This document shows positions 39,631-54,285 of a stretch of 64,000 nt of DNA, piece after piece. The DNA comes from Eledone cirrhosa. Its lineage: Eukaryota. The position numbers and the translations under genes are program-made. Below the pieces are notes generated by a model. It did no database searches. It was not told where the DNA came from and saw nothing but the letters and a program-made list of their open reading frames with translations. The DNA lies in the NCBI GenBank assembly GCA_964016885.1, contig OZ024758.1, positions 4,154,001-4,218,000 on the forward strand, read 5' to 3'. Position 1 is the first letter of the stretch; each line of letters starts with the position of its first letter.

Positions 39631-40828
39631 TGGTGTGGGTACAACCTTTTACATCACAGGCACGTGTATCGGTTTAAATCACAATGTGGTTCATATTGGC
39701 ACTCGGTCAAGAGTTTTCGTTATACCTGCAGGCCAACCCTTGTATTCTGAATGAAACGAAAGGTGTAAGGAGGCCGGATCTATATCTATCTATCCCTGTT
39801 TATTTTTGTTTCTGTATATATAACCTGCAATCTATGTAATTATCTATATTACCTACTGTCTATTTTGTACAAGTGACATTATATTGAGCCTAACCTTATA
39901 TATACATTGTTCACGTCTGTCAATCGTATTTCTCTCGCACTGATATGCATAAATTTCACCCCTATACTGGAGGGTATTTTTCCTGCTACGATATTACCTC
40001 TTGAGAAATTGTACTGGGTGAGTTTTTATGGAGACAAGCATTTGAACCTTGTAATATTCTCAGCAAAATTCCTATTCTTCTCTATCATATATTGTCTCTT
40101 TTAGAACGCAAACCAATAAACGGAACCCTCAATACGATTGAATTTCGCAAATCTTCAAATTATAAAGAGTCCTTTTAACTATATGTTGTGCCTCGTCATA
40201 CAAGTGTTTCTGAAAGACACTCCTCATAATATATCTAATTAGCATTGTTCAGTGTGTAATGGTGAGATAGCTTTTGTATTATGACATATCGCTAGTCATA
40301 TGTCATCCTGTTCGTGAATTACAGCTTCTTGATACTATTCTTCATAACGTCGTCCAACGCCATTCTTTGTCTCTCTTTATTACATGTTTCATTTATTCAA
40401 AGTACTCGGTAACTTATTATACGAAACTTATTCTCTTATTACGCAGGCAACATTAATTCTTCTCATACTCAGCTTATATCTTAATTCACTTGTGCTCTAT
40501 CAAACATGCACACGGAAAATACACACACATATTAATGTAGATATACGTTAATTAGCGTATACAAAAAGACACTATCAGATTACTATTAGATTACACAAAC
40601 GTTTATGATTGAATATATATATACGAACGTGTAAAAACATATTTAAACATGTGGATATATGTACTTCGAAATAATTATATTTATTCATGTAGAATCTGGG
40701 AATTTATAAGCGATTAATTAGAAAATTATAATTCATATTTTCAGTAGAAGTAAATATCAGTATCTCGGGGAAATTCTCATCTAGAAATCAGAAAATATAA
40801 TGAATATATATATATATACATATATATA

Positions 40829-40835
40829 ATTTAAG

Positions 40836-40876
<41 letters not shown>

Positions 40877-40879
40877 AAG

Positions 40880-40942
<63 letters not shown>

Positions 40943-40945
40943 AAG

Positions 40946-40986
<41 letters not shown>

Positions 40987-40989
40987 AAG

Positions 40990-41038
<49 letters not shown>

Positions 41039-41041
41039 AAG

Positions 41042-41088
<47 letters not shown>

Positions 41089-41101
41089 AAGCTATATATA
41101 T

Positions 41102-41143
<42 letters not shown>

Positions 41144-41146
41144 AAG

Positions 41147-41183
<37 letters not shown>

Positions 41184-41196
41184 AAGCTATATATAT

Positions 41197-41238
<42 letters not shown>

Positions 41239-41251
41239 AAGCTATATATAT

Positions 41252-41293
<42 letters not shown>

Positions 41294-41306
41294 AAGCTAT
41301 ATATAT

Positions 41307-41348
<42 letters not shown>

Positions 41349-41361
41349 AAGCTATATATAT

Positions 41362-41403
<42 letters not shown>

Positions 41404-41414
41404 AAGCTATATAT

Positions 41415-41456
<42 letters not shown>

Positions 41457-41459
41457 AAG

Positions 41460-41494
<35 letters not shown>

Positions 41495-41497
41495 AAG

Positions 41498-41536
<39 letters not shown>

Positions 41537-41695
41537 AAGCTATATATATATATATATATATATATAATTTAAGCTATATATATATATATATATATATATT
41601 TTAAGCTATATATATATATATATATATAATTTAAGCTATATATATATATATATATATAATTTAAGCTATATATATATATATATATATAATTTAAG

Positions 41696-41740
<45 letters not shown>

Positions 41741-41743
41741 AAG

Positions 41744-41790
<47 letters not shown>

Positions 41791-41794
41791 AAGC

Positions 41795-41826
<32 letters not shown>

Positions 41827-41864
41827 AAGCTATATATATATATATATATATATATATTTTAAGC

Positions 41865-41896
<32 letters not shown>

Positions 41897-41899
41897 AAG

Positions 41900-41950
<51 letters not shown>

Positions 41951-42008
41951 AAGCTATATATATATATAATTTAAGCTATATATATATATATATATATATA
42001 ATTTAAGC

Positions 42009-42040
<32 letters not shown>

Positions 42041-42167
42041 AAGCTATATATATATATATATAATTTAAGCTATATATATGTATATATATATATATATATA
42101 ATTTAAGCTATATATATATATATATATATAATTTAAGCTATATATATATATATATATATAATTTAAG

Positions 42168-42206
<39 letters not shown>

Positions 42207-42274
42207 AAGCTATATATATATATATATATATATAATTTAAGCTATATATATATATATATATATATAATTTAAGC

Positions 42275-42306
<32 letters not shown>

Positions 42307-42309
42307 AAG

Positions 42310-42344
<35 letters not shown>

Positions 42345-42347
42345 AAG

Positions 42348-42388
<41 letters not shown>

Positions 42389-42714
42389 ATTTAAGCTATA
42401 TATATATATACATAATTTAAGCTATATATATATAAATAATTTAAGCTATATATATATATATATATATACACATATATATAATTTAAGTTATATATATATA
42501 TATATATATAATTTAAGCTATATATATATATATATATATACACATATATATAATTTAAGTTATATATATATATATATATATAATTTAAGCTATATATATA
42601 TATATATATATACATACATATATATACATATATATACATACTTTAAGCTATATATATATATACATATATATACTTTAAGCTATATATATACATGTAAAAA
42701 TATATATACTTTAA

Positions 42715-42752
<38 letters not shown>

Positions 42753-42798
42753 TATACTTTAAGCTATATATATACATGTAAAAATATATATACTTTAA

Positions 42799-42834
<36 letters not shown>

Positions 42835-42880
42835 TATACTTTAAGCTATATATATATATGTAAAAATATATATACTTTAA

Positions 42881-42921
<41 letters not shown>

Positions 42922-42935
42922 TTTAAGCTATATAT
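40829..42935. repeat. 2.1-kb ATTTAAGC+(TA)n variable-spacer minisatellite
   Basis: More than 50 ATTTAAGC or variant motifs separated by (TA)n of variable length. Confidence 0.95.
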
Positions 42936-43447
42936 ATAGCAATTTTGTAGGAATCAAACTTTCTGATTTGATTCCGCCTAAGTGCCCTGAAAGATGCCCA
43001 TCAAATTATGTTTTTATATATCAGGTTATTTCGTTTCACGAAATACAACATCGTGAATGGCGTTCAAATAATCGATTCAAAAATTCAAGATAATTATAAA
43101 TATCTTTGTTGAATCTAAGTTCGTGAACTGAAGATGAAGAATTAATTTGACATGACCATATATAAGATAGATTAATCCACTCAAAGAAAATAAAGCTATT
43201 AAAATTGCTAATAATACGAAAATATATTTTATGATTAAACAAATGTTTTCATATTAATTTGAATTTTCAAATATATGACAACCTGTAGATATTTTATCAA
43301 AGGCAATTTATGCAAATTTGCAAAATAATAAACAATCCCTTGACATGGTCTAAAAGCCATATCAAACCTAATCAATGTCGTTAAGAACAAATAACAAAAC
43401 AGTATTTCAAATGGACATACATGCCAAAATACACACACACACACACA

Positions 43448-43485
<38 letters not shown>

Positions 43486-43486
43486 T

Positions 43487-43680
43487 ATCCCACGTTCAAT
43501 CGGGGGTAACCACAGTAAGTACGGTGCTCAATACATAGCAGAGTATACATATTTAATATAGAAATGGCTTCTACAGGACTAGAACTGTTTCAGTCGGGAG
43601 AAACCACCAGGATGCTTCCTGATAAATACTCTCAAATGAAACTGTTCTTATCCTATAGAAGCAATTTATATATTAAATAT
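43487..43680 (-). mobile_element. TA-embedded family C copy
   Basis: Reverse complement of 31320-31497, with hairpin apex near 43613. (TA)n on both sides. Confidence 0.8.
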
Positions 43681-43805
43681 ATATATATATATACACATAC
43701 ACACACACACACATACACACACACACACACATAATCTCAAAAAGCGGAAGGGCAATATATCTGTCACAAATTATAAAATATAATGTTAATAATAAATAAA
43801 AATGA

Positions 43806-43950
43806 TAATTGTTTCTATTTTAGGCATAAGACCAGCAATTTGGGGAGGAGGGGAAAGCCGATTAAACCGATGCCAGTACTCATAGGTGCTTTATTGTATC
43901 GACCCATTTAAAGTTGACAGGCCAAAGTTAAGTTCAGAGGGTTCTGAAAT
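43806..43950 (-). mobile_element. SINE family A long subtype (diverged, truncated)
   Basis: Plus strand TTGTTTCTATTTTAGGCATAAGACCAGCAATTTGGGGAGGAGGGG...TATCGACCC. Confidence 0.7.
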
Positions 43951-44049
43951 ACTGGGTTGGTGTCCAGGAGGACATAACCGGAAACAGCATGTTTATAATT
44001 ACTAACGAAGGCTAGCGCACTTCAATTATAAGGGGTAGAATGGATCCAT

Positions 44050-44694
44050 TTAGATAAACGTTCTCAGATGACCACTACCACCAAAGTGAGGTGGCATGAC
44101 GTCACCTTGACTGCTGACGACACCTAAGACCAATTTTGTCGCTGGAAACTTTGTCTGCATGACTCTGGGCACGTCTTTGGACGCGACAGCGAGCCACCTG
44201 TTGTTCTGGGAGTTGATCTTCTGGTCTTGGCAGAAGTTTTTCTCGTCAGAGAAAAACCACAGCACGTCTGGCTCCTGTGGGTGCTTCAGTCGCTTTTCTT
44301 GCATCGCATTTGACAGAAATTGTCCTTTCCTCATCTTGTATGAAACGTAGTGAATGTCTTCATGTACCACCAGCCTAATGAGCTTTTCATCCACGCCTTT
44401 CTCCCCTGCAATGGCACGCATCGACTTGCTAGGTTCATTGTTGATGATATCCTGAACTTCAGCGATGAACTCAGGCGTTCTGAAGGCGTCATATCGTCGA
44501 TCATGTATTTTCCTCTCTGATGTTGCTTCGTAGTCGAATCCTGAATCTTCCAATTCCTTCCTGACCTTTTCCACCATTCTCCTGCTGACACTGAGAAAGT
44601 CTGAAATTTCATTATTTGTCCTCCTGGCGCGGATTCCAAGAAGAACTCCGTGTCTCTTCCACAAATTTGGAGGTTCAAATTTATTCATAATCAA
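44050..44694 (-). pseudogene. Truncated Tc1/mariner transposase (HTH domains plus first catalytic Asp)
   Basis: KSMRAIA..GV..IR.VVHEDI..SYK (HTH_Tnp_Tc3_2-like), WFFSDEKNF, NSQNNRW, TKFPA..VLGVVSS.GDVMPPHF. Similarity stops after PPHF and the second and third catalytic residues are missing. Confidence 0.88.
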
Positions 44695-44821
44695 TTATTC
44701 TGAAAATAAATAATGGAGATATAGTCACTGTTTTTATGAGGACAAGAGTGACAACGGAAGTAAAAGAAATTTGCATAAAATTAGCAGTTGAAAATTGCGC
44801 ACAAATATCGGCCACACACTG
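44083..44821 (-). mobile_element. Tc1/mariner superfamily (maT/DD37D-like) DNA transposon, 3'-truncated
   Basis: Left end TA|CAGTGTGTGGCCGATATTTG at 44821 followed by a transposase ORF. I found no right TIR. Confidence 0.85.
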
Positions 44822-44833
44822 TATATGTATATA

Positions 44834-44887
<54 letters not shown>

Positions 44888-46643
44888 AAGATAGATAGAG
44901 GTAGATAGGGACAGAGATATTGATACACAAATATCCTTGCGTGTACACACACATTATATATGTATGCATATATGTATGAACGTATGTGTGGTTCTCTTGA
45001 AAGAGATTGAAATCTAAGCATTTATGCCAATAGACTTTCATGCGAGTGTATGAATAAAACCACACGATATGTGTAAATATTTATGTAAATTTGTATATAT
45101 TTCTTCCTATCTCTTCGGGTAAACTTCATGCATACTGAAACGAAAAATGCACTCACAGACACTGATCGTCTTCCCTCCTCAGCGATTTTGAATAATGAGG
45201 TTTCTCCCAACTTTCCAACCTTCTCACGCTCTCTGATCTTTGCTATTTCACGAAGACTTTGAAACCCTTATTTACCACTTCCATGTCTGAACACAGAGTT
45301 TGCGTTTATACATCCTAGCGTTTGTCTTTTCCGTGGGTGCCTATAGTCACTTTATTTTTCACAATAATTAACAGATAACCTTCTCGAAGGAATCTTATAT
45401 GCTATTTTGTCAAAAATGTATTTAATTTCGACTGTAGAAAGTCTGTAAGAAATAGAATAATCATCTAAACAAGTCCACTATTTAATGGTGCAGAATTTGT
45501 TTAGAAATATTTATAGTGAATTATTGGGCCCCTGTTATATTATATAAGGTATATTTTTATATTTAAAATATATTTAAATTATAGAAAATATTTGTATAAA
45601 GTATTATATAATAGTCACATTCAAATGTTATTCTTATCAGGTAAACTGAGATATTGGAAATCAATTTTATTAAAAAGAAAATATTTATGGAATTGAAATG
45701 CCGCACAATTTTCAGTCATCATTTGATATAATAGATTATCTAAATATAATCTTTAAGGAACTTCTAGTTTAAGGTCAGCGGTCTCAGGTCACTTTAAATA
45801 TTATGGCTGCTAGTCAAAGATATGCAATGAAAATGTGTGTTGCTTAGAAATGATATACTGAAGAAATATCAATAACAGATTGCCTTCGATATCTCATGAG
45901 TTAGTCAAGCATATGTTTGTTTCCTTTTCTTTGTTTATGATCTACAATGGCAAAGTTGATATGCTATCTACCTTTAGATTCCTGTTTCGGGTTTTCTTAA
46001 CTAGAGACCATCCAATAGATAATCCATCATGCATTAGGTTGTGATATCTTACTAGGAGAGCAATATTTCCACTGCTATCACTGAAAGTATAAATATAAAT
46101 TTACTCATGAGATTTTATATATCTAGAACTAACGTTTCGAAATGCGTTCAGTGGCGTGAAGAATAATGGAAATGAGGCCAGAGGTGAGCAGCGAACTGTA
46201 AGAAGCAAAATATTGTTGAAAAGATCCTATAGGTTATATACCATAAAACATAATTGATGGAACGTATATCATTAATGTAATACAATACCATTGATATTCC
46301 TGAAGTATTATTGTGTTTGATATATAATAATAAGCTTTAATATGTTATATCTAAGGGAAATTATCGATGAAAGATATTTGCATGGACACAAAAGCTTAAA
46401 CCGAAAACCACTGTAGTAAGCAAAAAGTGTACAATTATTCAATCAATTAAAAATAGAATTGCGGAGGAAAACCAGAGACACAATCACTCATGATAATTAA
46501 ATCTAGCCAAGTTAATTATACGCATAAGGTGAAAATATTTATGAATTATCTGGAGAACAAATAAAACTTTGGTGTACAGCTGTATGTATGTAGCAGGATG
46601 ATTATATATCAGTACACCTACAGTTCAAGACTAAACGGACTGC

Positions 46644-46692
<49 letters not shown>

Positions 46693-46739
46693 ATATATCG
46701 ATAGTCGATCGACCATCGTCAAATCGGACCGAGGAAACA

Positions 46740-46908
46740 ATATTTCCGTTGGTCTTTCCAATTGATAATACTCGCTATCAGTCGCAACCCAGGGTAGAAG
46801 AAACAGCGTGAAATAAAGTGTCTTTCCCAATGACATAACGAATTATCCAGGAATCGAACTCATCACCTTACAATTGCAAATTCTTTTACCACTCAGCCAC
46901 GTGCCTCA
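46740..46908 (-). mobile_element. Second tRNA-derived SINE family, 5' part
   Basis: Minus strand TGGCTGAGTGG (box A) ... GAGTTCGATTCC (box B) ... AAGACACTTTATTTCACG. Confidence 0.7.
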
Positions 46909-46913
46909 TATAT

Positions 46914-47098
46914 AACAAAGAGGGTGTGGTAAGATACCAGGTGGACCACAACGCATCGGAGTACTCAATACTTACGGTAGTAGATTGGGTAATAGGAAAA
47001 GAGTCAGGGCCTCGACGACTGAGCTCGGGCCGTTTCGACAGTTCGGATCTTGGTGCCGAAATGGTCGCAGATAAACCGTCGCTGTCCTGACTCTTTTC

Positions 47099-47101
<3 letters not shown>
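46914..47101 (-). mobile_element. TA-embedded family B copy
   Basis: Same tail, outer arms GGAAAAGAGTCAGG / CCTGACTCTTTTCC, and (TA)n flanks. Confidence 0.85.
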
Positions 47102-47144
<43 letters not shown>

Positions 47145-47899
47145 CAAGTGAACACATTTTTTTTTTTTCTGTAGATTGAAACAATATTGACAATGGTAAT
47201 CGATTTTCGACACTTATTGATAACTCAGATTTATACATCATTGATTATCTACAGATAAATATGTCACTATAAACAAGAAGCAAGAATGAAGGGTTCATTC
47301 TACTGACATGACTATAAAATTGAGGCTTGCTTCAAAAATTGCAAACGAATCGAATGTATCATTAATATTCGAAAAACTCAGATTACAATATGTCACTAAA
47401 TACATGAAAATTCTTCAAATTATAATAGCAAATGTAAGTAGTAATTACTCATTTTTATATTATTGTTTATATAGGTAACTAAATTCTGTATGATAGTATA
47501 TCTAATCAGAATCGCATTTAATGTATAACTTAGTTCCCTAGGAAATAAATATATACTAAAAGCCGTATTTAATACTTTATATTCTCATTAATTTCATTGA
47601 AGATTAAGAGATATTGAATTTAGTTAGAAATGTGTATAATATAGATATAATTATGCAATTTTCTCCTAGCATTTCTGCCATAGATTAAATACATTTTAAA
47701 TGTTAGATACAAAACACGCCTGAGAACAAATATATATTGTGAATATATATAAATAGCTATACGTTTGTGTATTTTAATTAAATCCATTGCAATTTATAAT
47801 CCCTCGTTAATTTTATCCAAAAACAGAAACCTTTCATAACCTCATGATACCTTGCTCTTTCTTGCTCTTTCTTTCTCTCTCTCTCTCGTATATATATAT

Positions 47900-48030
<131 letters not shown>

Positions 48031-48229
48031 TATGAAATGGAAATGCGGGTATAAAGAATGTATTAGGTAACAATTGTTTCTATAGTGTATGGGTTACCTA
48101 TACCTCGCTATTTGAATAATATAAAAATATTATCATAAACCGAAGGTACACTGTAAGCATAAACACCATGTCGTCAGACCTTTGTATTGGAATGATATGA
48201 AAATATTTTATACACTAGATAAAAGAGAA

Positions 48230-48540
48230 AGAAGAAGGTAGGAAGAGAAGGGGTAGAGGGAAGTGAGTAAGGTGGAGGGAGTCCTAGGATTTAAGACTGT
48301 CAGACTAGTAGAGATTGTAAGGAGAGAATGTTTTGGCAGCAGTTAGCTTAATGAGGCGTGTTAGGGTTGGCGGGGGGAGGTAAATTCTTCTAGTGGTGTT
48401 GTTCGGACAAAATTTAGTGAAAGGGGTCAGAGTGGTACAAGTTACAGACAAGTTATTGGGGCTATTATAGTAGCAGGTCATTTCTAAAGGGGTCCAGAAA
48501 ACAGTGTTTAGTACTATTATTATAGAAAGCCATATCTTGT
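48230..48540 (-). mobile_element. Possible Penelope-like element 3' region (GIY-YIG C-terminus, very degenerate)
   Basis: ORF 48305-48601 ends LIKLTAAKTFSPYNLY, loosely like the terminal I.KL.TL.P.GLN motif, and is followed by a pyrimidine-rich tract on the minus strand. The resemblance is weak. Confidence 0.25.
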
Positions 48541-48603
48541 GTATAAACATATAAAACAGAAATTTGCAAGCGGTGGTGTAAAAAGGTAACATTATATGCA
48601 TTT

Positions 48604-48623
48604 AAAATACAAATTTACTAATT

Positions 48624-48667
<44 letters not shown>

Positions 48668-48687
48668 AATTAGTAAATTTGTATTTT
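48604..48687. repeat. Perfect 84-bp palindrome centred on (AT)19
   Basis: AAAATACAAATTTACTAATTCTT-(AT)19-AAGAATTAGTAAATTTGTATTTT. Confidence 0.95.
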
Positions 48688-49105
48688 TGAGCAATAAAGG
48701 AAATAATGAGTTGAAACTGTCGCTAACCTGAATTATTTCAGCAATACAATACGAATATTTCACAAAAACACATTCCTATACACATTATAGTAGATAATAC
48801 ATGAGATTTGAATTTAAATCTTTCCTTGAAAATTAAAATAATATTGTTCATTGTCGTCTATATTTATATGATTATAATTATATTTCTCGTTCTTTACACG
48901 CATATTCTGAATACACTGAAATGTAAAAAAGAATTAGAAATACGGAATAAAACTTATATAAATATATAGTGTTACATGTGAATATATATCAGGTATAGGA
49001 TAAATAAATTTCATAAGCTATAGATTATATAACACATAAAATATCAAAATGGATCTATAATTATATTATTTTGATCATGTTAGTACAATTCCTTCTATTA
49101 AGTTG

Positions 49106-49176
<71 letters not shown>

Positions 49177-50439
49177 TTCCGAAGTTACGTTTTATATATA
49201 AAAGCAGATAATATATCACGTCATTTTATGAACTGATTCTAGATTTTTATATAATTATTTTGTTATTTTTTCAATATTATATCTTATTTTTAATACATTT
49301 ATTTTTATATTTATTTACAATATGTTATATGTATGTGCCATTATTTTATACATTATTCTACGTATGGTTTATTCTTCAAATGTTTTAATGACAAAATCAC
49401 ACTTAACAGTATTAAAAAGTATTTAATAGCATTAAAATATATTTAATAGTATCATATTCCACAATATTTTATAGATGTATTTTGCTATAGTTGTAAAGAA
49501 AGGGGTGAGTTTCTGTTCTTAATTCGATAAAGAAACTTAAAACCTTATTCTTCTCTTCCTCCCCCATCTTCTGCCAGAGTCCTCCAACACACTTGTTGAA
49601 ATGCATGTGAAACTCATTTTTGTTAACCGAGGTGTCGGGTTCAACAAGGAAGAAAGCTTTCTTGCTCAAAATTACAATGCTCTATTAGGAATCAAAATAA
49701 TAACCCTACAATCGGGGACCGAATAACTTAACCACTAAGCCACGAGACAATAATCTCTTGACAATATACATTCAAAATTAAACACACAGGCACACGTATA
49801 CATACATATATATATATATATATATAAACAAGATGAGAAAAGTTGCCCTTCATCAGCTGTTTACTACGGATCATAGATGTTTCGGTGCTTAAAAAAGGAC
49901 ATCGATCCGCAGAGCGCCCGATGCCTTTTATCCATCAACAGGCCATAAGGGAAAGAAGTGATAGTGAAGAGAGAGGAAGAAAGTAAAAAATGAGTGATGC
50001 TAGATCTGTGAAAACTTGCATACATTAATGTCAACTCTTATTAGTACCTAGAGTGTTTCTTTCCAGGAACTATGTTGAAAAATAAACTTCATTTGGTCAT
50101 TCAATGAGAATGTTTTGTGCAGACTATGAACTTTTCTGCAGACCCTGATAGGACGTTCACAATTAATTTGTATAGTGGTAGAATCTACACTTCAGGTTGT
50201 GATTCCACAGCTATTTAATCAAAATAATTTAAACTCTAGAGTTTTCAACTTATCCTGTTAATAGGCAGCCTACTATAACAAAAGAAATGTATTAGACATT
50301 ATAAAATTACTTGATTAGTTTAGCGATGACTATATTGCTTAACCAATTATAAGTTTATTTAGATAAATCCTTTTTAAACCATGAACATCAGGGCCAACAC
50401 ACACACACACTTATATATACATATATAAATATATCTATA

Positions 50440-51378
50440 TATATACATATATAGATATATTTATATATATACATATATAGATTATTTATATATATACATA
50501 TATAGATATATTTATATATATACATATATAGATATATTTATATATATACATATATAGATATATTTATATATATACATATATAGATATATTTATATATATA
50601 CATATATAGATATATTTATATATATACATATATAGATATATTTATATATATACATATATAGATATATTTATATATATACATATATAGATATATTTATATA
50701 TATACATATATAGATATATTTACATATATACATATATTTATATATATACATATATAGATATATTTATATATATACATATATAGATATATTTATATATATA
50801 CATATATAGATATATTTATATATATACATATATAGATATATTTATATATATACATATATAGATATATTTATATATATACATATATAGATATATTTATATA
50901 TATACATATATAGATATATTTATATATATACATATATAGATATATTTATATATATACATATATAGATATATTTATATATATACATATATAGATATATTTA
51001 TATATATACATATATAGATATATTTATATATATACATATATAGATATATTTATATATATACATATATAGATATATTTATATATATACATATATAGATATA
51101 TTTATATATATACATATATAGATATATTTATATATATACATATATAGATATATTTATATATATACATATATAGATATATTTATATATATACATATATAGA
51201 TATATTTATATATATACATATATAGATATATTTATATATATACATATATAGATATATTTATATATATACATATATAGATATATTTATATATATACATATA
51301 TAGATATATTTATATATATACATATATAAATATATTTATATATATACATATATAGATATATTTATATATATACATATA
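50440..51378. repeat. 26-bp highly homogeneous minisatellite (about 36 units)
   Basis: Unit TATACATATATAGATATATTTATATA with period 26 (for example C at 50523 and 50549). Confidence 0.95.
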
Positions 51379-52267
51379 TGTACCTATATGTACAAGATAT
51401 ATATATATATAAAACAGGCGCAATAATTAAATATAGGAAAGAAATACCAACACCAAAAAAAAAAAAAAGAAAGAAACTTATTTAAATGCTAGAAGCAAAG
51501 AACCTCGTTGGTTTATTCAAGCATATTTATTTAGTTGCCGTTCCAATAGTAAGTAATGAGGCAGCTGCGCTTATTTAAGATGCTATTCAAAATTATATGA
51601 GATGCATAGACGAGAAAACAAAATTCTATAAAGATAATAATAATAATGGTTTCTTATATTATAATAATAATAATAATAATAATAATACAGAACTGCTCTC
51701 TAAACAAAATCATCAACAACGGCCACGCGAGTAATATTATCACTGCTTCAGGCAACGAGAGAGAAATGGTGAATTATATTGGCAGACATATAGATAGCTT
51801 TTCTGGCCGGTCAGCAAAGGTAATTAATCTAGGATATTGGTAGAATCAACGTCAGGATAGAGAGAAATGTTAATCAATATTATTAATAACAATACTGGCT
51901 TTATCCTGAATCCAAATGGACTGTTGTTTCTCTCTGTTCCATACGTCAGTTTACATGTACAAATTAATATTTATATATATACACATACAAACATACATAT
52001 ATATATATATATATACCTATACACACACACACTTATACATATACACAAACACATACACACATATATACATACACACAAACACATACACACATATATACAT
52101 ACACACATATACATACATACACATATATGTGCATACACACACAGACATATACATACATACACATATATATATAGGCATACACACGTACATACATATACAC
52201 TTAAGCGTGTTTTTGTGTGCGCGTATATATATAAATACACACATACGCACACACAATGCACGCTTAA

Positions 52268-52324
<57 letters not shown>

Positions 52325-54211
52325 CACACTGTGCGTGTGTACAAAATGAAACATAGAAATGGGTTGGGTGAATGAACTATACATAAGAATAAATAGATAG
52401 ATAAACAGTTTGATATATATATATTGATTGCATGTCAAACGTGTGTATAGTGTTTAAACTACTGCTGCGGATTAAATAATTTAAGGTCACGAAAGTGATT
52501 ATAAAACATTGCTATTATATATGCAGGATAATGTATTTTCAAAGAACTTTTAATAAACGAAATGTTCCACTATAAGCACTGAGTTCTCTACAGAAAATAA
52601 ATACGAATTGGAATATATTAGATAAAGGCAATGTAATGTAATCTCTCGTAAATTTTCTGTAGATTTACGTTTCTCTTTCAACTGTAAGCAACCTTTGCCT
52701 GAAGAGGAAATAGCGATTATACCATGAGCAACGAAAATTCCGTCAAGAAGAGACCATATGCATTTTTATAATCATGTAAACGTAAAATCAATTTTACGTT
52801 TCTAAAACGAATTTATATAATCACATAAAACATAAAATCAATTTCATTGAACGTAAAATCTATTTACGTTCAAAGAAATTCAAAAGGTATTAGAGATTGT
52901 GCTGACATGAAACGTACGTACGTAGGAAAGCTAATAAATTATCCGATTAGCGGTAAACAGTTTGGAGATATAGGATTCCTGCAAGCAAAGATCACAATAT
53001 GGTTTCAATCCGTGAAACTAATTCTCATTATTTATTATAACATTGAAGGTTGGTTAGAGTTTAGGATAATTGTATTACGAGCTTTTTCCCTTCTGTTTAT
53101 CTTCTGGGTCAGAGTCCTAGCGAGGCTAATATTGTTATTCATCATTCAGAGGCCAATAAAATAAATTACTAGTTAAGTAATGGCTTACATATTAACGACT
53201 GTTACTTACTTTCAACGGTTGACTTTGTCAGAATTATGTTATGCACTACATGGCTGAGGGAATATCATGAATATTTTAAAACCTTTTACAGGATATTAAA
53301 TTAACAATGAAATGTGTAATTAATTTGTCCGTTAGAATTAAAATAGAAGGTAAACATTGAACAGAATTTATACTTCATTTAAGAAACTTAAATATGTTCC
53401 TTTTGTCAAGATCACTTATAACCATGGAAAGCAGATGAACACCTCCAAATTTCCTTCTTCTCTCCATAATAAAATGCAGATTCTTGCCTGTATCTTGTGG
53501 CATTCTAAAACTCATAAAAGAGCAGAAAACCTAACTAAATAATGCAAAAGGAAATATTGAATTACACTAAAACTATTACCTAAATTTTTAAAAATCAGAA
53601 TAATATACCTAAAATTAAATGAATATTTGTCATAGTTTCTCTTGAAAACTTGCAAATCTAAGTTACGTATTAAATACATCCAAACTTAAGTTCTGTTTTA
53701 AATAATTCATATTTTAGTTTTGTTTTGTTCCATCCCGATCAAATTTAAAATCTCGCAACATTGTATTTATCACTTAATCCCTCCAGGTTTCTATAATACT
53801 ATACATGACCATATCTGTTGTACAAACTTTCTCGGCTACACAAGGAATTTCAGACATTTGAAAAGATAATCTGTTAGTATATCTGTACCATTTGTTCAAC
53901 TATTGTTTAATCAAATACATTTATACTTACACATACGCACATTTATTAAAGGAAACCACTGGCGTCCCTGATACACACATGTATACTAAAGCTTTATATT
54001 TCTTCAGTGAACTATGAGGGATATATCTCCGACTCGGAGACATGCCGTAATTGCTTGCATGAGAATGGACACCCATTAAAGTTAACCAAACGTCTTGTGA
54101 CGAACTGAAACGAAAACTTGGATTAAGACTACTCTGGTAACTCTACCATCCAAAACCTTTGATAGATGCGGTTAAAATTATGTCTACGCATTTCATCTTG
54201 AGAGGTTGACA

Positions 54212-54285
<74 letters not shown>

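Noticed and set aside
40829-42935. CRISPR-like repeat-spacer appearance
   Set aside because: The repeat is only 8 bp, the spacers are just (TA)n, there are no cas genes and the context is eukaryotic.
46860-46908. tRNA gene (also all SINE A heads)
   Set aside because: Box A/B are present but there is no cloverleaf, and the sequence continues into a SINE body.
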